From: Diplonema japonicum
Taxonomy: Eukaryota; Protista; Euglenozoa: Diplonemea
Assembly: GCA_964019335.1 (NCBI GenBank)
Contig: OZ025664.1
Location: forward strand, 496,001-560,000
Length of the DNA: 64,000 nucleotides
Direction: 5' to 3'
Numbering within the stretch: the stretch's first letter is position 1; every line of letters begins with the position of its first letter. The position numbers and the translations under genes are program-made. Positions 31,191 to 42,961 of the stretch are shown here, piece after piece. A model generated the notes under the pieces. That model saw only the letters and a program-made list of their open reading frames with translations, had not been told where the DNA came from and ran no database searches.

Positions 31191-32840
31191 ATGCTGCAGA
31201 GGCAAGACGGGTTTCTCAAGTGGGCAAGCAACAGGCTAAGAACCTTGAAGGAAAAGGAACGGAGAGATGTGTTGAGGGCGGTGAAGAAAACACAGGAAGG
31301 CGAGATAGATTACACGAAACTGCTGAAGGAGGGAAAGGCCGGGGAGAGGTACGTCATCTTAAGCGCGGTGGCAACGGGCCGTGAAGACCTCTTAGATCTC
31401 GTGAGAAACCTCAATTCCGATTCAGCGATCGCGCGAATAGTAGGCGAAGCGCTCCAAGACGTCCTCTTCAAGGAATATAGTGCAGTGGTATCTGAATACC
31501 TATCAGACGAGTTCACGTCGTTTCTCAAATTACCCCTCGACATCTCCCAAATCATTTTATCATACGTAGGGCCTACCTTCTACTCAAGGCTACGAGGTGT
31601 GTCAAAATCGTTTTACATCGCCACAACCCTGCATTATTCGGGACTGCAACCTTGCTACAGCATACCGAACGGAACACAACCATCCGATTTAGCAGAGATC
31701 TTTCTTACACATCAGTTCGAGCATGACGCATCAGGTGAAACTACAAGAAGGAGCCTCCCAAAGAGTGTTATCATCCCGATCATAATCCGCGTACTGACCC
31801 TCCTGAAGAAAATAGGAAGACCAGGCGTTGAAACAGCCAAACCATGGTGCACGTTTGTCGTGGAGAAATGGAGGGAAGAAGGAAGCTCCGGAAAAGGCGT
31901 TCTGGAAGCTTTGAATGGAATATTCGAATCGCAAGATGAATACCCCGAATCGCGTATTCTACTGGAACAGGGTATGCTTGGGACGATAGACATTATAGCG
32001 TCGGTGTACGCGACATACCCGACATTCGAGCCGATGGACGAGCTTGTTGACGAGACGAAAATGAGGGTTTTTGCGATGTACAACCACCTGAAGAGCACGG
32101 AGGGGTACAAACAGCTTTTCGACATCCATTTCTGCAGAGTGGAGGTCGAAGAAAACATGCTCGATGTTTTCGTGGAGTCGAAAGGATATCTATACCCGCT
32201 TATTGGAGCTGCTGCTCACAAAGGCCTTCAAGGGGTCGTCGCGTCAGCCATCAATGCATTGGAAGGCCAGCTTGACTTGTCAGAACTAGACATTGAAAAC
32301 AAAACAGTTCTCTACCATTGGTGCGCTGGCGGGTTTGACATCGGCGTTTTATCACATCTTCTCCCGTTTATCACACCACCTTTGTTGCTGTGTTCTGAGA
32401 ATGATGCACCGTTGACATTGTTGTTGAATGATGTTGGAAGAAAGTTACCTGCGAAGGGGGACTCGATGCGGGCGCTGGGTATCCTCCTCGATGATGGGTT
32501 GGTGAAGGGAGGGTACCCTCTGTGGTGGTGTCTCAACGCGTTGCACAGCCACCCGCATGTGCGGGGGGAGATTATTGCGTTGTTTAAAAGGTTCCTTGCT
32601 GCAGGGTGTGGCGATGTTGAGGTTTTCCCCGGTTTCCTCCCCAGGCACCTCCCCCTTACACCTTCCGCTATGGCGGCGCTATGCACCGAGACGTCGTGCC
32701 TCCTCTATCCCGAGGACGACGAGCTTGGACGCGCACACTGCACTGTGCTCAGCGACGTTGAGGAAGTCAAGGAAACGCTCGCCCCCGTCGAACGTACCGC
32801 GACAGACAATCCTGTTGATGACTGGGAGAGTCTGGTGTAA
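31191..32840 (+). CDS. 549-aa protein with F-box-like motif and possible degenerate ankyrin repeats
   Basis: FLKLPLDISQIILSYV....SRLRGVSKSFY; PLIGAAAHKG, DIENKTVLYH. Confidence 0.7.
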   Translation: MLQRQDGFLKWASNRLRTLKEKERRDVLRAVKKTQEGEIDYTKLLKEGKAGERYVILSAVATGREDLLDLVRNLNSDSAIARIVGEALQDVLFKEYSAVVSEYLSDEFTSFLKLPLDISQIILSYVGPTFYSRLRGVSKSFYIATTLHYSGLQPCYSIPNGTQPSDLAEIFLTHQFEHDASGETTRRSLPKSVIIPIIIRVLTLLKKIGRPGVETAKPWCTFVVEKWREEGSSGKGVLEALNGIFESQDEYPESRILLEQGMLGTIDIIASVYATYPTFEPMDELVDETKMRVFAMYNHLKSTEGYKQLFDIHFCRVEVEENMLDVFVESKGYLYPLIGAAAHKGLQGVVASAINALEGQLDLSELDIENKTVLYHWCAGGFDIGVLSHLLPFITPPLLLCSENDAPLTLLLNDVGRKLPAKGDSMRALGILLDDGLVKGGYPLWWCLNALHSHPHVRGEIIALFKRFLAAGCGDVEVFPGFLPRHLPLTPSAMAALCTETSCLLYPEDDELGRAHCTVLSDVEEVKETLAPVERTATDNPVDDWESLV

Positions 32841-32987
32841 TATTTTTTTTTTCTTATGTTTTGTTTTTTTTGGAGCACCCGCACACCGAAAATTCATTAA
32901 AAAAAGTTTTTTTTTTTCCCCCTCGCAAAAAAAACAAAAAAGAAAAAGGTAGGGGAGGGGAGGGAACGAGGCCCCAACCGGCTAACA

Positions 32988-34743
32988 ATGCCATGGTCCA
33001 TGATCGGGGCGATGAACATCTTGCAAAACCTCAAGCAGGATGTGCTTAAAGAAAAGCCAGAGGACGTTCTGGGTTACATCACGAAATGGGTGGGCGCGGA
33101 AACCCCGACATCCCCCACGCTGTCCTTCACGAACGGGAACGGGAACGAAAGGGGAGCGAGGATCACGTCGCAGATCGAAGACGAGTGGAGAGATCTTGAG
33201 GAGACGGTGTGGTCGGTGTTCGACAGTTTAAAATTGAAGCACAAAGACCAGCCTGTAAAGCAACAGGTATCTTTACTGAAAAGCAGCGAGGAAAAGAACG
33301 AGTGCAAGATGGCGGGCCTTGTCGGGTGCATGGGGATGCTAATCACAAAGCAACGGCAGACGATCGCCGAACTTGCGAAAAAGGTCACAACGCTTGAAAT
33401 CGCCGTCCAAGACAGAGACAGAGACAGAGACACATCCCCTGTGTACAACTCTGCCAGAAAGGAAAGCAACCTATCGCTGTCGGTCCTCAACCGGCCAATC
33501 GACTTAAAATTCACAAAACTTCTCGGAATGTGCAACCCGCTGCTAGACATGTCCCTCGCCGTGTCTGACAACTTTCTGGAAAAATGGGGTTTGGAGCCCG
33601 ACAATGCTGTGCTGGCAAGCGACTCGACGATAGATCTGTTCGGTGAAATGGTAATTTTTTTTTTTTCCCCTCACAAAAAGAAAAAAAAAACAGAGCAAAG
33701 ACCCAAAGACGTCGTACATCCCTGGAGGGTCGGGGTTGAACACAATGAGGGTTGCTCAATGGGTGCTGAGCGCGCCTGGTTCAACTGTTTTTGTAGGAAC
33801 AACAGGTGAGGATGACTTTGGTGAGATCCTCCGCGGGACGACAATGAACGAGGGTGTGGACATGCTGAACATAACCATTCCGGACGAGAAGACAGGAACC
33901 TGTGCTGTGCTCACCACAAAGGACAACAAGCGCAGCATGGTGGCGAACCTCGGGGCCTCGAATGTGTTCGACCAAAGCTGGCTGAACAACAACCCTTCTT
34001 TGAAGAACGCGATGGACGTGTCTACCCTGTACTACATAACAGGTTTCTTCCTGCGGACGACACCTGAGACGGTGTTCGAGGTGATGCAGACAGGGAATAA
34101 AAAGAACAAACCGGTTTGTCTGAACCTAAGCGCGCCGTTTGTGATACAAGCTGTGGGGAAGGCCTTCGCAGAAGCCTTCACCATGTCGAACATAGTGTTT
34201 GGAAACGACGCCGAGTATCTTGCCCTCGACGACGCCATGGATTGGGACCTGAAGGACATTGAAAAAATCGCAAAAAAAATACAAGCCCTCCCCGGTGTGA
34301 GGTCCAGAATAGTGGTGGTTACACAAGGAGGCGATGATGTCATAGTGGCCAACAAGTACGGGATTGCAAACTACCCTACACCGCCTATCCAAGCTAGCGA
34401 TATTGTTGATACCAACGGTGCTGGGGACGGCTTTGTTGGTGGATTTCTGGCAAAATACAGCAAAGGCGGGACAGTCGAGGAATGCGTGAAAATCGGGCAA
34501 TGGGCGGCATCTATTATCATCAAGCGCCCTGGATGTTCTATACCACCACTGCCGCCGGGGTGCTGTGTTTCAATGGGCACACCTCAACCGGATAGACGGC
34601 CTGCGCTGAGTCATTCCGCAGCTACAAAAACTGTCACAAAGCGGCAGGCCAGAGCTGCCAACGGTAAGCGCGAGACCTCTCTTGCTAAGAAAGAGCCCCG
34701 TAGAGCCGGTCGGACGCCTCGTCACACGGACCCTTCGAGGTGA
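32988..34743 (+). CDS. ADK: Adenosine kinase (PfkB family) with N-terminal RIIa/Dpy-30-like and coiled-coil extension; intron 33651-33693
   Basis: GMCNPLLD, PGGSGLNTMRVAQW (after splicing), TGTCAVL, RSMVANLGAS, YITGFFL, NLSAPF, FGNDAE, IVDTNGAGDGFVGGFL. Confidence 0.92.
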
Positions 34744-37304
34744 TAGGGGATGGGTGGAAAAAAAAAAAAAAAAAAAAAAAATGAAGCCTTGCTTTTTGTT
34801 GATTTTTTTTGTTGGGATATAAAAAAAGTGGGGGGGTGAGGTGGGGGGGGGGGGGGGGGGGAAGATAAAGCAAGGCCATTTACATGGTGCTATACAGGTA
34901 AAAAAAATTTTTTTTATTGAGTGGATTTTTTTTTCTTGTTCATTACTAGGGACCAAAATAAACTTTTTTGAGGTGATTTGTTCCCCCCCCCCCCCACTTC
35001 CTCCACCGCAGTTTTAAGATAGGGTGCAGAGTATTTTTTTTGGGGGGCTTTTTTTTGTGAAGTAGCTTTATTTCCTTTTTTTTTTTTTTGGTCCTATAAG
35101 AAAAAAAAGGGAGTATGACAAACTGGGCTGACATTGTGTTCATTGTATGCTCACTCAACGGGGTGAAATAAAAAGAACACATAAAAAGAGAGCTGGTGGA
35201 AAAGAGAAAGGAAAAAAACCCATGCTCATCTTCTTTTTTTTGTAAGGTAAGATATCCAAAAAAGGGTAGTGATAATGTCATACACACCGTGTTCAGGACT
35301 TGCAACCGCTTTCACACTCACACGCTGTATAGGGGGTTATTCCCCCCCTCCTCCCCCCCGCCCTTGTATTACTTGAAGTAAACATTTCTTTTTTTTTTTT
35401 TCAATTACGTAGTGCCACTTCGGTTAACTATCTGATATTTTCTTTCGTTTTTTTCCCCTCCGCCCCCCCTTTTTTTTTCTGTTCTGGTTCCGCAACCTTT
35501 TTTTTTTTTTTTTTTTTTAGTAATTCTCCCCGATAGTAAAACTTTTTTTTTTGAATGAAACTTTTTTCTTTTTTTTTCCGTGGCTGAAATTGATTCTGTC
35601 TATTTTGCTTTTCTTTTTCTATTCACTGTTTGTATCAAAGAGAATTCTCTTTTTTTTCTCTTTTAGTTGTGTTTAGAATCATTTCACGCACTGATGCTCC
35701 TCGCCCCCCCCCCCCCCCCTTTTTTTGTTACCACCATATGCTGCCTAGTGAAGGTAGTGACTTATTTTGAAGTTGTCCCCCCCCCCCCCCCCCCCCCCCC
35801 TGCTTTCCATTCTGAAAAAGATTTGAAAGATTTTTTTGAATTTTTAAAAGATTTAAAGTCCTCACAAGACCTAATGGATCAAAATCCAGGCTAAGGACTA
35901 TACCGTTGATGGCAGGAAGAAAAGGGAAGGAGACAGGGTATGGCCTTTCTTTGGCCACCTTGCAGGCTTTTCTCTTATACATCAGTGCTCTATCCTTTTA
36001 AGAGTTACAACAATTCCGTTGTTGGATAACAAAGTTTTTTTAGGTTTTAAGTAGAGACAAGGGGGACGTTCCAAAACAGGAACCTCCTTTATCTCATCTT
36101 TTTTTTTTCTTTTTTTTTTTTTTTAGAGCGTTCAAGTTGAACTAGAGATTCCACTTGAGCAGTACAATAAAAAAAAAAAAAGAAAAACAGAATAAAAGAG
36201 TACCATACTTTAAAAAAGCAATAAATAAAAAATGGTATCCCCCCCCCTTCTCAATCAGTCCTTGCCAGCACAGTCATTGATATTGTTTCCGCACCCTGAT
36301 GCCCCCCTTTTTTTTCCATCTTTTCGGGAACCAGGTCTTATAGGCTTTAAATGAACAAAAGATGTGGCAAAGGAGGGAGGAAAAAAAAAACGAATATTTC
36401 TATCCTTCCCTCCAGTTGGGTTTTTCAGCACTTCCCCTTCCCGTACTCCGCCACCTTTCCTTACGTCATGTTTAAGGTGAGACAAGAAAGGTTAAGCAGT
36501 GGGGGGAAGGGGGGGGGACCGTTTGTCAATTTCTTTCATTCTCCTTAAGATGCCCCTTCCTTCCTTTTTTTTTTTCTGTCTTTTCCCCCCTTCACTCTCC
36601 CGCATTGTATTTTTTTTTTGTTTTACAAAGTTTGTCACAGAATAGGAGTTTTATTTTTTTTGGGGGGGGGGGTGAGAAGAGTGCTTATCTATATTTTGGA
36701 AAAAAAAAGTTTTTTTTTATCTCCCCGGTTATTTTTTAAACGCCATTTCCTTCTCAAGTGGTGCGAAGCGTGAAAAAGATCCACAGTGCGATCGTTGTTA
36801 ATTGGGCAAAAAGAAAGAAGAAGAAAAGAGTGCTGAACCCATGGGTGGGAGAAGCAGCTCAGGACATTTAAAAGGAAAGTAAGTCCCTGGACAATGGTCC
36901 CTCTTTAATTGTTGTGGTACACCAATTGTATTGTCAGTACTAAAACAAGAAGGAAAAAAAAAAAAAAAAAGAGACCTATCCGGTGACAGCGCAGTTTGCA
37001 TAGCCTTTTTTGTGGTCCTCAAGTGGGACTTTTAAGCATCGCCTTTTATAAGGGAATTTAAAAAAGAAAAACAAAAACCAAAAAAAAAAAAGATTTCGTG
37101 CTTGTGCGCACAAAAGAAAAAAAAAGACTCCAGAATAGCTTTTTTTTTTCCTCCCCCCCTTCCCTTTCCAAAAAAGAAAATCCCCCCCTCACCCCACCCC
37201 TTCAATGGTCTTTTTTTACTCCGTTCTCAGCTCAAGGAATCCAATACTAAAAAGGGGGGAAGAGAGTCCCCAGAAGGGGGGACAAAAAAAAAGAAGGGGA
37301 ACCA

Positions 37305-40300
37305 ATGGCTGGCAATGAGGTAATTGATGTTGGTGCTGACGAGGTGGTGGCCGGGCTGCAAAGGGAAATTCAAAACAGGGAACAGCAAGTGCAGCTGCGG
37401 GAAAGAGCGCTGCAAGGGATGCAGCGGGAGATGGAGCTACAGGAAGAAAGGCTGTTGAAAAGAGAGGAGCAATTGAATGCAAGGGAGACCACAGCGGCAC
37501 CCCGTCCAGTGGTAGCCTCCCTACCGAACGCAGCGTTTGAGCTAAAGCAGTCTGAGCGACAGTTAACTAAACTTGTTGCAGAGAAGACGAACCTTGAATG
37601 CGCTCTCCAAAGCGCTGCGCAGGAGATGCAACGGAAAGACAAGCTCTTCGCTCGCAAGATCGAGCAAATGATAAAGCTGCGCGAGACGGCCGTCTCGTCC
37701 GTAGCCAGGGAGCGCGATGAACTACTCAAATCCCGCAACCAACACACGCCACTCTACCTCACACAGGGGTATACATTCTGCACCCCGGCCCAACAACATC
37801 TCTCTGGACATAACGCATCAACTAGCCCCCTCGGCCTTCCCGAGCCTGCATTGAAGGACAACACAACAAGCCCCTTGCAAGGGTCTCACAAAGACGCAGC
37901 TATGAGCCCTTTATTCAAACCCGAGCTTGCGGTCGCGCAGTCTCAGATGCAGCGTGCTTCCTTCCAGCCTGAACTCGGTGTCATGCAGTCTCAGCTGGAG
38001 AAGCGTCCCTCTGAAGGACATGACGCCGTCACCAGCCCCATGCTGCACCACGCGTTGGCAGTCACCCAAGCGCAGCTCAGCATACAGCGCTCGGTGCAAC
38101 CCGAACTGGTCGCTGAGCAGTCGCATTTGCAGCGCCACACTGTGGGGTCGCAAGATGCCATTTCGAGTCCACTGTTCCAACCGGAGCTCATGGTGTCCCA
38201 ATCGCAGTTGAAAAACCAAGGGCAGCACGTGCCGGAGTTGGCCGTCACGCAGTTGCAGTTGCAGAACCCGCAAGAAGTAACTGAAGGCAAAGATGCTGTC
38301 ACCAGTCCTGTGTTTAAGCAGGAGCTGGCAGCAACCCAATCTCAGCTGCAGAAATGCCCTCCTGCAGGGCATGATGCTGTCACTAGCCCGTTGTTCCGTC
38401 CAGAATTGTCTGTTGCTCAATCTCAGCTGCAAAAACAACCTCCTGCAGGGCATGATGCTGTCACCAGTCCGTTGTTCCATCCGGAGTTAGCCGTTACTCA
38501 ATCTCAGCTGCAAAAGCATACCCCAGAATGGCACGATGCAGTCACCAGCCCGTTGTTCCGACAGGAATTGGCTATTAGTCAATCTCAGCTGCAAAAACAA
38601 CCTCCTGTAGGGCATGATGCTGTCACCAGTCCGTTGTTCCAGCCCGAGTTAGCAGTGGCTTCCCAACACCTGGAAGACGCGACAACAAGCCCCTTAAGCC
38701 AGCCACAGCTCACAACTCGTACTTCTCAACTGCACACTACTCTGCACTCTGCACCGCAGAGCACCCAAGCAACGAGCCCGCTTGCAAGAACAAGTGCTAT
38801 CCCTTTCAGTCGGGTAGCTCTTTTTGAACGGTCAGCACAGCTTGTCACTGCCATTGGAAGCCCATCAAAAGTCCTTACGCTCCCACACGGCTTGTCTGAG
38901 GGGAGCGAGACCTTGGCACAATTAGCTGCACCCAGTCCACCGCCCGACACGGAGCAACGGCACGGCACCGTGGCTCCGGTACCAATGCCTGGGTACCAGG
39001 AGTTGCAGGAAGAGGTGTTCAAGCTGCAGCAGGCGGTGGTCGACGCGAGGCAGGAGCGTGATGCAATGAAGAGAACTCTAGCAGAGCACTTGAAGAGTGT
39101 TCCCGAAAACCGCAAAGCAGCTGAGGTTGAAACGGAGTTGGAGTTGCAACAACATGAAACAGCAGCCCTGCGGGTTATGTTGCAGCACGCAGAAGACCTG
39201 CTTGACACCATCAGGCTCGGAGCGTCAGAATGCGACTCGATGGCCCTCGAAAACAAGGTTCTGAAGAAGGAGAAAGCTGCTCAAAAGGTGATGGCTGAGT
39301 CGGCTGAATCTGAGCACGAGCTTGTCCTGAGCATGCTTGAGGTTAAGCACAAAGCTGAGGTCAACACAGCCCTTGGAACTTCCTCTCAAAGTGCGAACAC
39401 CATTCTATCCGAGCAGTCAGACAGGCACTCTATTGTAGTTGCTGAGATGACAGCTGTTGCTGCCATGCTTGCGTATCATAACTCCTGTGTCCTGCTTGGT
39501 AGTGAGAAGCAGTGCATAACTTTTGAACAGGAGTGTGAACACCGAGACATTCTATTAGGCAACAGGGATGCTGAGGTGAGCAGCCAGATAGAAGCGCTTA
39601 AGGTGCAAAGTGCAGAACTGCAAGACACGGTAGACGCAAAGCAGCGGCTGCAGGAGACAGTGCAACAGTTGAGCGATCTGCTTGACGCGAAGACAAATGA
39701 GGCAAGCAAAGAGAACGACGAGCATGGCAAGTTAACACAGCAGCACCGTGATGTGGTAATGGAAACGATGGCTTTGAAGGACACAGTGCGGCAGATGGAG
39801 AAGGCAACTCAGGCAGAAAAGGAGCTTCGCGTGACCTTGGCTGTGCATCTGGACGAAATGAGGGCTCAAGAACAGGCTTTGCAGTTCAAATACGAGACGT
39901 TGTCCCTTTACACAGAAGCACTCGAAGTGTCTTCTCAATACATCGAAGACGGCATTGACGAGATCCTGCACGCTGCGCTTTCCCACAGATACGCGACAGT
40001 AGAGGTCCGAGGCTGTTACGAATGGTACACCACACTGTCACCTGCCGAGAAGCAGGCACTTCAGTCTGCTGTGGAGAGCGATGCCTGCACCTCTCTTGGT
40101 ACCTCCTCATCGCAGGCCACTGTTGCAGGTGTCTCGCCAACACTTAAAGGCTCGCTGTCCTTCGTGTTGGGTTTCAAAAACTCTCTCAGCAGCCACGAAA
40201 CCCCTGCAGAGCTAGTGCGACGCTTCAATGACAAAAAAGCTGCTGATAAAGTGCCGCTTTTACTATCTGAGAAAAAGACCACTGAGCTCAACTGGTACAC

Positions 40301-42590
40301 GAAGGATCTCGTGCAGATCCAGCAGCATGAAGAAGTCGTCTTGTCGCCATCCACAGCTTCCGAAGAGGACCCCGAAGAGCTGACGGGGCGGTCTTTCGAG
40401 ATGGCAGAGACAGAACCCACAACAGAGATGGCCAAGACGCGTGCAGTGCTGGCATCCACGCAGCTGGCGTCTGCTGAGCGCCTCGCAACGGACTGGAAGG
40501 CAGCTGCAGAGCTTGCAAACAAATGGGAGGAGGCAGCAAAGCAGGCGCAGGAACGTATTAGCAGTGAAGCTGAGGTGCTGAGGGCATTGCAAGAGGAGAT
40601 GAATGCTTCAAAAGAAAAGTACCACACAGCCTGTTCCGAGAGGGACTCCTGGGAAAGTAAGTACCATGCATTGGAAACGCAAGCTGGGACTGACATGAAG
40701 AGAGTACGGGCAGAGCTAGAGGGCGAGTTGTGTACCGCTGCTGAGCTTCTGCTGAAGATGAAAGCCATGCACAGCCTGGCTTGCGAGGAAGTGGCAACGA
40801 TGGCTGCTGAGCTAGAAAAGGCGCAAAAGGGCTATGTCGAGTGCCAGGCTGCTGTACACGCGGCTGATCAGTCTCTTGCAGATGTGAACAGAGACCTCGA
40901 GATACAAAAAGCTGCCAGAGCAGACAGCGTGAGACAGCTGGCTGGTGACTGTGAGCGTGTAGCGTCCGAGCTCCACAACGCCCAAGGTGAGGTGCGCCGG
41001 TACACAGAGCAGTTGGAAAACGCGAAAGTGCAGTGCGTGGAGCTCAGCGAAGCCTTAAAAAGTACACAACGAGCACTTGACGAGAGAGGAAGGGAGCACT
41101 CAAAAATAAAAGCGGAGCGTGATCACTTTGCTGCCAAGCTTGAGAAAGAGCTGTCCGCCGGGACGTCCATGAAGACTCTCCTTGACACGTCACGAGACAA
41201 GCTTCACAAGGCAAAACTGGAGGCAGAAAACCTGCGCCAGGCACTGGTTGCTACAGAGGAGGACGCAAAGCTGAACGCGGGCATCTCGTCGTCGCTCGAA
41301 GCTGAGAAGGCAAAGCTTCGAAAGACTGCATCTCAGAGCGTAAAGGAGATGGAGATTGCGAAGAAGGAGAAGTCATCGACCGTTGCAACGCTGCAGCAGG
41401 AGATTGAACATTTGACAAACCAGCTGTGCAAAGCAACGGACGAGGCAGGCAGCGTGTTGGGAGACCATGAAAAACTTCAAGAAGATAACAAAAAACTGAA
41501 ACAAAAGTTGGCAGACACCCACACGGAGCTAGAAGCCAGGCGCGTGCAGCTGGACGAGATGAAGCAACAGCTCGCGACGCTGCGTAAAAAAGCGGACACT
41601 TCTACCACAACTACCAGTACCCCAAGTAAAGAAATACAAGCAACGATTGCAGGGTTAAACAGTAAAATCGAGACCTTGCAGCAGGAACTCCACGATGCTC
41701 GGGAGCGGAACAAAGTGCTCGGCACGGAGAACGTGGAGCTTGGCGGCGAGGTTGAGACGCTGAAGCACATGCGCACGGAGGACAAGGCGCTAGACGATGA
41801 GGTGAGAACATTGTCCGCAGCCTGCGAGAACCTGACAAAAGAAATCGAGACGCTGAAGAGCAGCAATGCTATCTTGGAGAAGAAAAACAAGTCGCTGCTT
41901 AATGCGACGGACTCGGAGGAGAGAAGACTCCGTTTTGAGGTGGAACAGCAACGGGTGGACAATGCTAACATCCAACACATCTTCGAGGCTTCGGAGTTGT
42001 CATCAGCCGCACGTCGCAAGGAATGCGAAGAACTGAGGCTCGAACTGCTTGCGAAGACGAACGAGGTAAAGGAACTGACCGTCATCGCAGCACAAGCAAC
42101 GACGAGCTACGCAGCCATGAAGGATGAAGCAAGCAGTGGGAAGAAGGAAGCAAGAGTCCTGGGTGCACGTTTGGGCGACGAACATGAACGGGTTGAGATA
42201 CTTCAGAAAACAATGGAAGCAGCACAAGCAGAGAACAAAGAGCTGCATGGAAGAATATCAGTCTTAGAACACAAGGTCAAGACAGAATGCAAGGAAGTCC
42301 GGATGGAAGATCTCATTAGTAGAGCAGAAGAACTTGCTGCTATTTCGTGTAGGGAGTCGAGTGCTGCGCTCAAAACAGAAACTAAGCGAAGGCGTCACCT
42401 TGAAGAAGCCCTTGCCACTCAAGAGAAGCAACATGCTGCAGCTTTCGCTTTCGCTACCTCCAAGTTCCTCTCGGCTCTCCGCCCGAACCCTGAAGCTTCT
42501 TCTCTCTCTCCTTTAAGGCGTTCCTCTGTTTCTTGTGTGTCATACGCCCCCACCTCGGCCCCTATCCCAGCGGGGCTTCCTCTTGGATAG
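37305..42590 (+). CDS. Large (1761 aa) coiled-coil cytoskeletal-type protein with internal repeats
   Basis: Uninterrupted ORF; E/Q/K/L heptads over most of its length; repeat block near the N-terminus. Confidence 0.88.
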   Translation: MAGNEVIDVGADEVVAGLQREIQNREQQVQLRERALQGMQREMELQEERLLKREEQLNARETTAAPRPVVASLPNAAFELKQSERQLTKLVAEKTNLECALQSAAQEMQRKDKLFARKIEQMIKLRETAVSSVARERDELLKSRNQHTPLYLTQGYTFCTPAQQHLSGHNASTSPLGLPEPALKDNTTSPLQGSHKDAAMSPLFKPELAVAQSQMQRASFQPELGVMQSQLEKRPSEGHDAVTSPMLHHALAVTQAQLSIQRSVQPELVAEQSHLQRHTVGSQDAISSPLFQPELMVSQSQLKNQGQHVPELAVTQLQLQNPQEVTEGKDAVTSPVFKQELAATQSQLQKCPPAGHDAVTSPLFRPELSVAQSQLQKQPPAGHDAVTSPLFHPELAVTQSQLQKHTPEWHDAVTSPLFRQELAISQSQLQKQPPVGHDAVTSPLFQPELAVASQHLEDATTSPLSQPQLTTRTSQLHTTLHSAPQSTQATSPLARTSAIPFSRVALFERSAQLVTAIGSPSKVLTLPHGLSEGSETLAQLAAPSPPPDTEQRHGTVAPVPMPGYQELQEEVFKLQQAVVDARQERDAMKRTLAEHLKSVPENRKAAEVETELELQQHETAALRVMLQHAEDLLDTIRLGASECDSMALENKVLKKEKAAQKVMAESAESEHELVLSMLEVKHKAEVNTALGTSSQSANTILSEQSDRHSIVVAEMTAVAAMLAYHNSCVLLGSEKQCITFEQECEHRDILLGNRDAEVSSQIEALKVQSAELQDTVDAKQRLQETVQQLSDLLDAKTNEASKENDEHGKLTQQHRDVVMETMALKDTVRQMEKATQAEKELRVTLAVHLDEMRAQEQALQFKYETLSLYTEALEVSSQYIEDGIDEILHAALSHRYATVEVRGCYEWYTTLSPAEKQALQSAVESDACTSLGTSSSQATVAGVSPTLKGSLSFVLGFKNSLSSHETPAELVRRFNDKKAADKVPLLLSEKKTTELNWYTKDLVQIQQHEEVVLSPSTASEEDPEELTGRSFEMAETEPTTEMAKTRAVLASTQLASAERLATDWKAAAELANKWEEAAKQAQERISSEAEVLRALQEEMNASKEKYHTACSERDSWESKYHALETQAGTDMKRVRAELEGELCTAAELLLKMKAMHSLACEEVATMAAELEKAQKGYVECQAAVHAADQSLADVNRDLEIQKAARADSVRQLAGDCERVASELHNAQGEVRRYTEQLENAKVQCVELSEALKSTQRALDERGREHSKIKAERDHFAAKLEKELSAGTSMKTLLDTSRDKLHKAKLEAENLRQALVATEEDAKLNAGISSSLEAEKAKLRKTASQSVKEMEIAKKEKSSTVATLQQEIEHLTNQLCKATDEAGSVLGDHEKLQEDNKKLKQKLADTHTELEARRVQLDEMKQQLATLRKKADTSTTTTSTPSKEIQATIAGLNSKIETLQQELHDARERNKVLGTENVELGGEVETLKHMRTEDKALDDEVRTLSAACENLTKEIETLKSSNAILEKKNKSLLNATDSEERRLRFEVEQQRVDNANIQHIFEASELSSAARRKECEELRLELLAKTNEVKELTVIAAQATTSYAAMKDEASSGKKEARVLGARLGDEHERVEILQKTMEAAQAENKELHGRISVLEHKVKTECKEVRMEDLISRAEELAAISCRESSAALKTETKRRRHLEEALATQEKQHAAAFAFATSKFLSALRPNPEASSLSPLRRSSVSCVSYAPTSAPIPAGLPLG
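37809..38783 (+). repeat. Coding tandem repeats (27-aa/81-nt units GHDAVTSPLFxxELxxxQSQLQKxPP and longer variants)
   Basis: Twelve DAVTSP-like motifs visible in the translation. Confidence 0.9.
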
Positions 42591-42961
42591 AACCTGTTAT
42601 TTTCTTTTTAGGTTTTTTTTTTTTTTTTTTTTATGTGTTTTTTTGTTTTTTTTTTTTTACATTTTTATGTACTAGATTAAGTAAAAGAAGAGTTTATTAT
42701 GATGATGTTGTTGTTGTTGTTGATGTTCTTATCCCACACCCCCTCTGCCCCCATCCGTCTATTTTTTTTTTTTGAACAATGGGAAGAAAAAAAAAGGGGG
42801 GGGGGAGCAGCAATAAAACAACTATACAGTGGAAAAGAGGCGGGGGGAGAGGGGGATTTTTTTTTTTCAAAAAAAGAAACAAAAAAAAAAAAACCGAAGC
42901 AAAAAGAAATTCCCCGTTCCTTTCCCCCTCCCTTTGTTCGGGGAACGAAAAAAGAGAAAAA

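Noticed and set aside
35800-36090. Non-homopolymeric intergenic stretch, possible TE fragment (also 11560-11700 and 28740-29230)
   Set aside because: No termini, second copy or coding remnant identifiable within the window.
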